From an uncultured Solirubrobacteraceae bacterium (GTDB lineage Bacteria > Actinomycetota > Thermoleophilia > Solirubrobacterales > Solirubrobacteraceae): DNA of 64,000 bases. The DNA lies in assembly GCA_963712675.1 (NCBI GenBank), contig CAVQJF010000021.1:319114-383113 (forward strand), read 5' to 3'. Shown here piece by piece: positions 56,176 through 64,000 of the stretch. Positions within the stretch are counted from its first letter, which is position 1, and each line of letters begins with the position of its first letter. Position numbers and translations under genes: made by a program. The notes under the pieces were generated by a model, which worked only from the letters and a program-made list of their open reading frames with translations, was not told where the DNA came from and did no database searches.

Positions 56176-56847
56176 CTAGCCGCGCGCCCTGTCCCCGAAC
56201 AGCGCGAACGTCGCAGCCAGCGCCGGCTCGGCGAGCTCCGGGAGCGTCTCGGGGCCCCGCGTCCTGAGCCACTCGCGAACCATCTCGTCCAGGCCGCCCG
56301 TGTGCATGGCGAACGTCGCCGCCGGGAGCTCCGGGAGCGTGGGCTCCTGGGCCCGGGCGAGCTCGTTGCTGGCGCGGGTGCGGCCACTGAAGAGCGTGAA
56401 CATCTGCGCACGGCGCTCGAGCGCTGCCGGCCCGGCCGCCAGAACCTCGACGTGCAGGGCGCGGGCGAACGCGGGCTCAGCCGCGAGGACCTTGAGGTAC
56501 GTGGTCAGGTCGGAGCGGACATGGGCACGCCAGTCGTCGCCCGCGTCGAGGGTCTCCCAGGCCTCGCGCATCTTCCCGAGGACGTATTCGACGCCGAAGT
56601 CGAAGGCCGCCAGAAAGCAGGCCTCCTTGTCCGGGAACTGCTCGTAGAAGGTGCTCCGCGAGACGCTGGCGCGGTCGACGATGTCGGCCACGGTGGTTGC
56701 GGCGTACCCCTTCTCCGCGACGACCTGTGCGATCGCGAACAGCAGCCGGCCGCGCTGGGACTCCTGGACAGCTTCGCGGGTCAGCCGGTGGCGACCGCTC
56801 GGCAGCCGGTCGAGTGGCGGGAGAGGAGAGGCGCCCGCGGCAGACAT
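56176..56847 (-). CDS. TetR/AcrR family transcriptional regulator, divergent from fab cluster
   Basis: RLPSGRH, LLFAIAQVVAEKGYAATTVADIVDRASVSRSTFYEQF HTH. Confidence 0.95.
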   Translation of the reverse strand: MSAAGASPLPPLDRLPSGRHRLTREAVQESQRGRLLFAIAQVVAEKGYAATTVADIVDRASVSRSTFYEQFPDKEACFLAAFDFGVEYVLGKMREAWETLDAGDDWRAHVRSDLTTYLKVLAAEPAFARALHVEVLAAGPAALERRAQMFTLFSGRTRASNELARAQEPTLPELPAATFAMHTGGLDEMVREWLRTRGPETLPELAEPALAATFALFGDRARG

Positions 56848-56962
56848 CAGGTACTACAGCGTACAGGGAGGGCGGTCCCCCCGTTCGGGGGGAAGTCCGT
56901 GTCGCGCCTGTATCCAAGAGCAGGCGCACGCGTAGGGTGAAGCGAATGAACGGTGTAGCTAA

Positions 56963-57802
56963 ATGAGCGCCACGACCGCGATCCTGTTCCCCGGCCAGGG
57001 CAGTCAGACCCCGGACATGCGCGACACCGTCGCGGCGGCCCGTCCCGACCTGCTCGCGCTGGCCGGCGAGATCGTCGGCGAAGATCCGTTCGAGCGTGCC
57101 GAGGAGGGGACGCGGTATGCGCAGCCGGCGATCTTCTGCGCCAGCCTTGCTGGTTGGGAAGCGCTCGGGCGGCCAATAAGAGATTTCATGGCCGGTCATT
57201 CGCTCGGTGAGCTCGCGGCGCTCGTCGCCGCCGGCAGCCTCCGTGAGCGAGACGGGCTGGAGCTGGTCGCGCTCCGCGGCCGGCTGATGCAGGAAGCGGG
57301 CGAGCGGGCGGGCGACGGCGGCATGCTCGCGCTGCTCGGCGCCGGCTCAGCGGACCATGCCGCGGCGCTCGCCGAAGCGCACGGACTGGCGGTCGCAAAC
57401 GACAACTCGCCCCAGCAGGTCGTCCTGTCGGGCGCGCGCTCGGCGCTGCCGGGCGCCGCCGCCGAGGCCAAGGAATTCGGCCTGCGCGCGATGGAGCTGC
57501 CGGTGACCGGCGCGTTCCACTCGCCGATGATGGCCTCGGCGCTGCCGGAGTTCGAGGCCGCTCTGGCCGGCGTCGAGATCTCGGAACCCCGAGTTCCCGT
57601 GCTCTCAGCCGTGACGGCGGAGCCGTTCGACGATGTACGGCTACGTCTCGCCGAGGCGCTGACGAGCCCCGTCCGCTGGCGCGAGACGATGCTTGCGCTG
57701 CACCGGCTCGGTGCCGAGCGGTTCGTGGAGGTGGGACCCGGTCGGGTGCTCACCGGCCTTGCCAAGCGCACGCTTCGAGATGTGGAGCTCGTCCATGCCT
57801 GA
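56963..57802 (+). CDS. fabD: Malonyl-CoA:ACP transacylase
   Basis: LFPGQGSQ, GHSLGE, GAFHS. Confidence 0.95.
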   Translation: MSATTAILFPGQGSQTPDMRDTVAAARPDLLALAGEIVGEDPFERAEEGTRYAQPAIFCASLAGWEALGRPIRDFMAGHSLGELAALVAAGSLRERDGLELVALRGRLMQEAGERAGDGGMLALLGAGSADHAAALAEAHGLAVANDNSPQQVVLSGARSALPGAAAEAKEFGLRAMELPVTGAFHSPMMASALPEFEAALAGVEISEPRVPVLSAVTAEPFDDVRLRLAEALTSPVRWRETMLALHRLGAERFVEVGPGRVLTGLAKRTLRDVELVHA

Positions 57803-58805
57803 GGCGGTTCTGTCTCCGTTCTGGCTCGCGCCGCCCGAGCGCGCGCTCGCGCGCACCGCAGCTGTGCTGTCGGTCGCGACCGAGCTGCCGGAGCAGCGGC
57901 TGACGAGCGCCGAGATCGCTGAGCGACTCGGGATCACCGAGCAGTGGATCCTGTCGCGTACCGGGATCCGCGAGCGGCGCATGGCGCGGCCGGATGAGCG
58001 GCTGTCGGACTGTGCGGCACGAGCCGGCGCCCGCGCCCTCGAGCGTGCCGGCGTCGACCCCGCGGCCCTCGACCTGGTGATCGTCGCGACGATGAGTCAG
58101 GACGAGCTGACGCCGAACACCGCGCCGATCGTGGCGCACGAGCTCGGTGCCGTGCGCGCGGGGGCATTCGACGTCGGGGCCGCCTGCACGGCGTTCCTGA
58201 CGGGGCTCTCGCTCGGAGCGGCGCAGATCGAGTCCGGACGCGCCGAGCGCGTGCTGCTGATCGGCGCCGACTTCATCACCCGCTTCGTCGACTACGACGA
58301 CAAGATGACGGCGCCACTGTTCGCCGACGCGGCCGGCGCGGCCGTGCTCGGCGCGGTGCCGGCCGACTCCTCGGCGGGCTCGATTGGCCCGATCGTGCTC
58401 GGCGCCGACGGCTCGCACGCGCGGACGATCTTCGCGACTCACGAGAAGCGGTTGATCGAGATGGACGGCCAGGAGGTCTTCCGCGGCGCGGTCAACCGGA
58501 TGAGCGAGGTGACCCTGCAGGCGCTCGATCGAGCGGGCGTGACGCTCGAGGAGATCGATCTGTTCGTCTACCACCAGGCGAACGCGAGGATCACGCGCGC
58601 GATCGGCGAGCGGCTCGGCCTGCCCGACGAGCGCGTCGTCGACTGCATCGCGGAGCTCGGCAACTCGTCCGCGGCGACGCTTCCTCTGGCGCTGATGGCG
58701 GCGGAGCTCGACGGACGGCTGCGCCCCGGCGCGCGCGTGCTCGTGTGCGCGTTCGGCGCGGGCTTCACGTGGGGCGCCGGCGTGATCGAGTGGGGCGGGG
58801 AGTGA
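57795..58805 (+). CDS. fabH: 3-oxoacyl-ACP synthase III
   Basis: RTGIRERR, AACT, HQAN, GNSSAA, FGAG. Confidence 0.93.
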   Translation: MPEAVLSPFWLAPPERALARTAAVLSVATELPEQRLTSAEIAERLGITEQWILSRTGIRERRMARPDERLSDCAARAGARALERAGVDPAALDLVIVATMSQDELTPNTAPIVAHELGAVRAGAFDVGAACTAFLTGLSLGAAQIESGRAERVLLIGADFITRFVDYDDKMTAPLFADAAGAAVLGAVPADSSAGSIGPIVLGADGSHARTIFATHEKRLIEMDGQEVFRGAVNRMSEVTLQALDRAGVTLEEIDLFVYHQANARITRAIGERLGLPDERVVDCIAELGNSSAATLPLALMAAELDGRLRPGARVLVCAFGAGFTWGAGVIEWGGE

Positions 58806-59527
58806 ATGGCTCTGCGCTCGTCACCGGTGGATCGCGCGGGATCGGCGCGGCGATCGCGCGCGGGCTCGCGGCCGATGGCTGGCCGGTCGGCGTCAACTAC
58901 CGCAGCGGTGCCGATGCGGCGGCAGCCGTGGTCGCCGAGATCGAGGCCGCCGGCGGGCGCGCCGTTGCACTGCGGGCGGACGTCGCCGACCCGGCGGCGC
59001 CCGATCAGCTGTTCGAGGCACTGGAAGGCGCGTTCGAGCTGCCCGTGCTGGCGCTCGTCAACAACGCTGGGATCAGTCGCGACGACCTCACCCCATCGCT
59101 CGGCGACGAGGAGTGGTCAGCGGTGATCGAAACGGATCTGACGGCCGCGTTTCGGATGATGCGTCGCGCGCTGAAGCCGATGCTGCGCGCTCGCGCCGGC
59201 CGGATCGTGAACATCTCCTCGGTGGTCGGGCTGCGTGCGAATCCCGGCCAGGCCAACTACGCCGCCGCCAAAGCGGGCCTGATCGCGCTGACCAAAACGG
59301 CTGCGGTCGAGGTCGCCCGCCGGGGGATCACGATTAACGCGGTGGCCCCCGGATGGATCGACACCGAGATGACCGCTTCGGTGTCCAAAGATCTGCTTGA
59401 CGCCGTTCCGGCCCGGCGCGCCGGGACCCCGGAAGAAGTGGCCGCATGCGTACGCTTTCTGGTCTCGGACGGAGCCGGTTACGTGACCGGCGCGGTCCTG
59501 TCCGTCGACGGCGGCCTGGCCGCATAA
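58802..59527 (+). CDS. fabG: 3-oxoacyl-ACP reductase
   Basis: TGGSRGIG, GQANYAAAKAG, NAVAPGWIDTEMT. Confidence 0.92.
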   Translation: MNGSALVTGGSRGIGAAIARGLAADGWPVGVNYRSGADAAAAVVAEIEAAGGRAVALRADVADPAAPDQLFEALEGAFELPVLALVNNAGISRDDLTPSLGDEEWSAVIETDLTAAFRMMRRALKPMLRARAGRIVNISSVVGLRANPGQANYAAAKAGLIALTKTAAVEVARRGITINAVAPGWIDTEMTASVSKDLLDAVPARRAGTPEEVAACVRFLVSDGAGYVTGAVLSVDGGLAA

Positions 59528-59553
59528 CCCTCTCAACACAGGAGTAGCACTAC

Positions 59554-59799
59554 ATGTCAACAGTCACCACGGAGCAGATCGAAACCCGCGTCGCTGAGGC
59601 GCTCGCGAGTTTCGGACCGGACCCGAGCCAGATCACCCGCGACGCGACGTTCGAGCAGCTTGACATCGACTCGCTGGATCTCGTCGAGCTCGCGCAGATC
59701 GTCGAGGACGAGTACGGCGTCGTGCTCAAGGGCGAGGACATGAAGGAGCTCAAGACCGTCGGCGACGCAGTCGACCTGATCGCGTCGAGGGCCGCATAG
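59554..59799 (+). CDS. acpP: Acyl carrier protein
   Basis: LDIDSLDLVEL phosphopantetheine site; acidic 81 aa; CAGGAG RBS. Confidence 0.95.
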   Translation: MSTVTTEQIETRVAEALASFGPDPSQITRDATFEQLDIDSLDLVELAQIVEDEYGVVLKGEDMKELKTVGDAVDLIASRAA

Positions 59800-59806
59800 C
59801 GTCCTG

Positions 59807-61012
59807 ATGGAGCGCAGGGTCGTCATCACCGGACTCGGAGCGGTAACGCCGCTCGGCGTCGGCGCGCGCGCGCTGCACGAGCGCTGGGCCGCGGGCGAGT
59901 GCGGGATCGTCGACGGCGCCGGCGCGTGCAGCGACTTCGAGCCGAAGGACACGATGTCGGTCAAGGAAGTCCGGCGGCTCGATCGCTTCTCGCAGTTCGC
60001 GCTCGTCGCGGCCGCCGAGGCGATCGCCCAGGCGGGCTGGGAGGGCGAGCTGCCGTACGACCCGCTCCGTATCGGATGCGTGATCGCGACCGGAATCGGC
60101 GGCATCGAAACGGTCGAGACGCAACACGACGTGATGCGCGACAAGGGCGCGAAGATGGTCTCGCCGCTCGGGGTCCCGCAGTACATGCCCAACGCCGGCG
60201 CCGCCGCGGTCGCGATGAAGCACGGACTCCAAGGACAGATGTACGGGATCGTGTCGGCGTGCTCGAGCGGTGGCCACGCGCTCGGCGCGGCGATGCGGAT
60301 GATCCAGTACGGCGACGCCGACGCGGCCGTCGCCGGCGGCGCCGAGGCGACGCTGACGGCGTTCGGGTTCGCGTGCTTCAACTCGATGCAGGCGCTCTCG
60401 CCGACGGGCATCTCGCGCCCGTTCGACGCGCGCCGCGACGGGTTCGTGATGGGCGAGGGCGCAGGCGTGCTGGTGCTCGAGGAGGCCGCAGCGGCCGAGG
60501 CCCGCGGAGCGACCGTGCTCGGCGAGCTGATCGGCTACGGAGCGACCTCCGACGCCTACCACCTGACGGCGCCCGAGCCGACCGGCGGGCCCGCGTCGCG
60601 CGCGATCGAGCTCGCATTGAAGGACGCGGGCGTGACCCCGGACGGGGTCGACTATGTGAACGCGCACGGCACCTCGACGCAGCTCAACGACGCGGCCGAG
60701 ACGGCGGCGCTGAAACGGGCGCTCGGCGAGGACGCCAAGCGGATCCCGATCTCGTCGACCAAGTCCGCGATCGGGCACCTGTTGGGCGCCGCCGGCGCCG
60801 TCGAGGCGGTCGCGACGGTGCAGGCACTCGAGGCGAGGCTGATCCCGCCAACGCTCGGCTACGAGGTCCCGGACCCCGAGCTCGACCTCGACTACGTTCC
60901 CGGTCGCGCACGGGAGATGGCGATGTCCAACGGCAGGCCACCGGTCGCGATCTCGAACTCGTTCGCGTTCGGCGGCCACAACGTTGCACTCGTGCTGAGG
61001 GGAGCTTCGTGA
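59807..61012 (+). CDS. fabF: 3-oxoacyl-ACP synthase II
   Basis: SACSSG, RPFD..RDGFVMGEG, NAHGTST, KSAIGHLLGA. Confidence 0.95.
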   Translation: MERRVVITGLGAVTPLGVGARALHERWAAGECGIVDGAGACSDFEPKDTMSVKEVRRLDRFSQFALVAAAEAIAQAGWEGELPYDPLRIGCVIATGIGGIETVETQHDVMRDKGAKMVSPLGVPQYMPNAGAAAVAMKHGLQGQMYGIVSACSSGGHALGAAMRMIQYGDADAAVAGGAEATLTAFGFACFNSMQALSPTGISRPFDARRDGFVMGEGAGVLVLEEAAAAEARGATVLGELIGYGATSDAYHLTAPEPTGGPASRAIELALKDAGVTPDGVDYVNAHGTSTQLNDAAETAALKRALGEDAKRIPISSTKSAIGHLLGAAGAVEAVATVQALEARLIPPTLGYEVPDPELDLDYVPGRAREMAMSNGRPPVAISNSFAFGGHNVALVLRGAS

Positions 61013-62433
61013 TGGGTGCCACCGCGCTCCACGAACCGGCGGTCAGGCTCAGCCCAATCGAGCGGCTCGAGGCCCTCTGCGATCCGGGCAGCGTCCAGGT
61101 GCTCCGCTCACGGGTCTCCTCGACGAAGATGGGCGCCCGTGCGGCCGCCGGCGACGGTGTCATCGGCGCGACGGGGGCCGTCGACGGACGGCCGATCGCG
61201 TGCTATGCGCAGGACGGCACCTACCTCGGCGGCTCGCTCGGGGAGCGCCACGCCGGCACGATCGTGCGGGTGCTGCAGACCGCCGGTCGCGCGCAGATCC
61301 CGGTCGTCGGTTTCGTCGAGTCCGGTGGCGCGCGGATGCAGGAGGGCACGGCGGCGCTCGCCGGCTACGGCCAGATCTTCCGCGAGACGGTGGGGCTGAC
61401 AGGGATCGTGCCTCAGATCTCGATCGTGTCCGGCGCGTCGGCCGGCGGCGGCGCTTACTCGCCGGCGCTGACCGACCTGATCGTGATGACCGAGGACGCG
61501 GCGATGTTCCTGACGGGCCCGGGCGTTGTGCGCGAGGCACTCGGCGAGGACACCGACGCGGCCTCGCTCGGCGGCCCGAAGGTCCACGAGCGCAACGGCG
61601 TCTGCCACCTCGTCGAACACGACGTGGAGTCCGCCGCCGCGCGGGTGCGCGAGCTGCTCGGATACCTCCCGTCGGCGGCCGGGGAGACAGCGCCGCGAGC
61701 TCGCGTGAACGAGCCGACGATCTCCGATCCGGGAGCCGTGGTGCCGACCGAGCCGCGACGCGCATACGACGTCCGTGACGCGCTCGCCGGGATCGTCGAC
61801 GGCGACTCGCTGCAGGAGCTGTGCCCGCGCTGGGCGCGCAACGTCGTGACGACGTTCGCGCGGATCGATGGCCGCCCGGTCGGGATCGTCGCCAACCAGC
61901 CCAAATATCTAGGGGGTGTGCTCGACGCCGCTGGATCCGAGAAGGCGGCGCGGTTCGTCTCGTTCTGCGACTCGTTCGGGCTGCCGCTGCTCGCGGTCGT
62001 CGACACGCCCGGGTTCATGCCTGGCTCTCGCCAGGAACAGGCCGGCGTGATTCGCCACGGCGCCTCGCTCGTGCGCGCGTTCGCGGCCGCGCGCGTGCCG
62101 AAGCTGACGGTCGTGCTGCGCAAGTCCTACGGCGGCGCGTACATCACGATGAACTCGCGCGACCTCGGCTCCGACCTCGTGCTGGCGTGGCCGTCGGCGG
62201 AGCTCGGGATCATGGCGGCGCGCGCCGCGGTTGGGATCGTCAATCGGCGCGAGCTGCGCGCGGCGGACGATCCCGAAGGCGAGCGCGACCGGCTGGCGCT
62301 GGCATATGCGGACGAGCATCTGCGGGCGGAGACCGCGGCCGCCGGAGGTTTCATCGACGAGCTGGTGGAGCCGTGCGACACACGCGAGCGACTCACGTGG
62401 GCGTTGAGAACGCTCGCGAGGACGCGGGCGTGA
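61012..62433 (+). CDS. accD: Acyl-CoA carboxylase carboxyltransferase subunit (AccD/PccB-like)
   Basis: SGGARMQEG, AGGGAYSPALTD, DTPGFMPG, RKSYGGAYITMNS. Confidence 0.9.
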   Translation: MGATALHEPAVRLSPIERLEALCDPGSVQVLRSRVSSTKMGARAAAGDGVIGATGAVDGRPIACYAQDGTYLGGSLGERHAGTIVRVLQTAGRAQIPVVGFVESGGARMQEGTAALAGYGQIFRETVGLTGIVPQISIVSGASAGGGAYSPALTDLIVMTEDAAMFLTGPGVVREALGEDTDAASLGGPKVHERNGVCHLVEHDVESAAARVRELLGYLPSAAGETAPRARVNEPTISDPGAVVPTEPRRAYDVRDALAGIVDGDSLQELCPRWARNVVTTFARIDGRPVGIVANQPKYLGGVLDAAGSEKAARFVSFCDSFGLPLLAVVDTPGFMPGSRQEQAGVIRHGASLVRAFAAARVPKLTVVLRKSYGGAYITMNSRDLGSDLVLAWPSAELGIMAARAAVGIVNRRELRAADDPEGERDRLALAYADEHLRAETAAAGGFIDELVEPCDTRERLTWALRTLARTRA

Positions 62434-63203
62434 TCCTCGCAGGCAAGCGCCTGCTGATAACCGGCGTCATCACCAAGGACTCGATCGCGTTCCATGTCGC
62501 GACGCGCGCGCAGCAGGAGGGGGCGACCGTGCTGCTGACGAGTTTCGGGCGCGTGCGGCGGCTGACCGAACGGGCGGCGCAGCGGCTGCCCGAGCCGGTC
62601 GACGTCCTGGAGCTCGACGTGAACAGCGCGGACGATCTCGCCGCGCTCGAGACGGAGTTGCGCTCACGCTGGGGGACCGTCGACGGAGTTCTGCACGCGA
62701 TCGCGTTCGCGCCCGAGGACGCGCTCGGCGGGAAGTTCATGACCGCCCCGCCCGACAGCGCGTCGCAGGCGTTCCTGACGAGCGCGTACTCCCTGAAGGC
62801 GCTCGCCGCCTCGCTGGCGCCGCTGATGCCGGCTGGCTCCGGGATCGTCGGGCTCGATTTCGACGCATCGGTCGCGTGGCCGATCTACGACTGGATGGGA
62901 GTCGCAAAGGCGGCGCTGGAATCGGTGTCGCGATATCTCGCGCGGGATCTCGGGGCGGCCGGGATCCGCGTGAACCTGGTCGCGGCGGGGCCGCTGGGGA
63001 CGATCGCCGCCCGCGGTATCCCCGGCTTCGAACAGCTCGCCGAGCTGTGGCAGCAGCAGGCGCCGCTCGGCTGGGACGTCGGTGACCCCGGCCCGGTCGC
63101 CGACACCATCTGCTTCCTGCTGTCGCATTACGCGCGCGCGATCTCGGGCGAGATCGTCCACGTCGACGGTGGCTTTCACGCCGTCGGCGCGCCGGTGGCG
63201 TAG
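62430..63203 (+). CDS. fabI: Enoyl-ACP reductase, InhA-like
   Basis: GKRLLITGVITKDSIAF, YDWMGVAK, NLVAAGP, APLGWD. Confidence 0.92.
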   Translation: MILAGKRLLITGVITKDSIAFHVATRAQQEGATVLLTSFGRVRRLTERAAQRLPEPVDVLELDVNSADDLAALETELRSRWGTVDGVLHAIAFAPEDALGGKFMTAPPDSASQAFLTSAYSLKALAASLAPLMPAGSGIVGLDFDASVAWPIYDWMGVAKAALESVSRYLARDLGAAGIRVNLVAAGPLGTIAARGIPGFEQLAELWQQQAPLGWDVGDPGPVADTICFLLSHYARAISGEIVHVDGGFHAVGAPVA

Positions 63204-63231
63204 CCGTCAGCGCGATCCCTACGCTGACTGA

Positions 63232-64000
63232 ATGGAACGGTGGCTCGGGTCTGAGGGCAACGTCCGCGTCTGCGCGATGCTTGGCGCCGTCGCGATCGCG
63301 TTCTCGAGCATCCTCGTGCGGCTCAGCCACGCGTCGCCCTCGACCGCCGCGATCTTCCGCTGCGCGTACGCGCTGCCGGCGCTCGGGCTGCTCGCGTGGT
63401 TCGAGGACCGGCGTCACGGCCGGCGGTCATGGGATGAGCGGCGGGTCGCCGTGCTCGCGGGTGTGTTCTTCGCCGCCGACCTGATCCTGTGGCACAACTC
63501 GATCGAGGACGTCGGTGCGGGCCTCGCGACGGTGCTGGCGAACATCCAGGTAGTGCTCGTGCCGCTGGTCGCCTGGGCGGTGCTGTCCGAGCGCCCTGGC
63601 CGGCGCGTGCTCGCCGCGCTTCCGATCGCACTGCTCGGTGTGCTGCTGATCTCGGGCGCGCTCGAGCACGGCGCCTACGGCCGCGCCCCGGCGCGCGGCA
63701 CCCTGTTCGGGATCGGCGCGGGGGTCGCGTACGTCGGCTTCCTGCTGCTGCTCCGCCACGGCGGGTCGGATCTGCGCCGGCCGGCCGGGCCGCTGTTCGA
63801 CGCGACCGCGACCGGCGCCGTGATGGCCACGATCGCGGGGCTCGTGATCGGCGACGCCCATCTCGTCCCGAGCTGGCCCGGGGCCGGCTGGCTGATCACG
63901 CTCGCGCTGACCTCGCAGGTGCTCGGGTGGCTGTTGATCACGATCTCGTTGCCGCGCCTCCCGGCTGCGCTGACGTCGCTGCTGCTGACGATTCAGCCGG
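63232..64000 (+). CDS. EamA/DMT transporter (partial, runs off window end)
   Basis: Manual translation MERWLGSEG..LGAVAIAFSSILVRL..GLATVLANIQVVLV; TACGCT -10 six nt before the ATG; not in the ORF track. Confidence 0.85.
   Translation, partial: MERWLGSEGNVRVCAMLGAVAIAFSSILVRLSHASPSTAAIFRCAYALPALGLLAWFEDRRHGRRSWDERRVAVLAGVFFAADLILWHNSIEDVGAGLATVLANIQVVLVPLVAWAVLSERPGRRVLAALPIALLGVLLISGALEHGAYGRAPARGTLFGIGAGVAYVGFLLLLRHGGSDLRRPAGPLFDATATGAVMATIAGLVIGDAHLVPSWPGAGWLITLALTSQVLGWLLITISLPRLPAALTSLLLTIQP

Noticed and set aside
701-63941. Many long Arg/Ala/Pro-rich ORFs on opposite strands or alternative frames (e.g. 24032..25285+, 9854..10957-, 34105..36132-, 18769..20853+)
   Set aside because: Shadow ORFs expected in high-GC DNA; they overlap well-supported genes and carry no family motifs.

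Overview
High-GC (about 70% by eye) actinobacterial chromosome segment. Gene content and frequent leaderless promoters suggest Thermoleophilia/Solirubrobacterales, but that is an inference. 1-15 kb is mixed housekeeping: a frameshifted DEDDh/GIY-YIG (Cho/Rv2191-like) nuclease, ygfZ, mntR-mntH, an orphan GAF-PAS sensor, FO synthase fbiC coupled to a two-component system, a secreted lipase, a flavodoxin, an EamA transporter and an acylphosphatase-like/LigD-phosphoesterase fusion. 15-56 kb is a lipid uptake and modification island: 3 cytochromes P450, 2 Baeyer-Villiger-type monooxygenases, 2 more LIP-family lipases, esterase/hydrolases, an EphD-like fusion, an acyltransferase, several SDRs, an Acr1-like reductase fused to an acyl-CoA ligase, 3 ABC1/UbiB kinases (one degenerate), a phosphoesterase, ECF42+DGPF and a full yrbE-yrbE-mce x6 operon. 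57-63 kb is a FAS-II cluster (fabD fabH fabG acpP fabF accD fabI). The strongest hidden signal is an 18-bp palindrome (consensus RGAATGATAYNTCANTCC) found 8 times at 7 promoter regions across the island, including directly upstream of a TetR gene. This points to a candidate TetR lipid regulon I do not recognise. Two intergenic elements share about 23-bp terminal inverted repeats (MITE/REP-like). No rRNA, tRNA, CRISPR array or transposase was seen. Many start codons were moved from the ORF track to more plausible positions.
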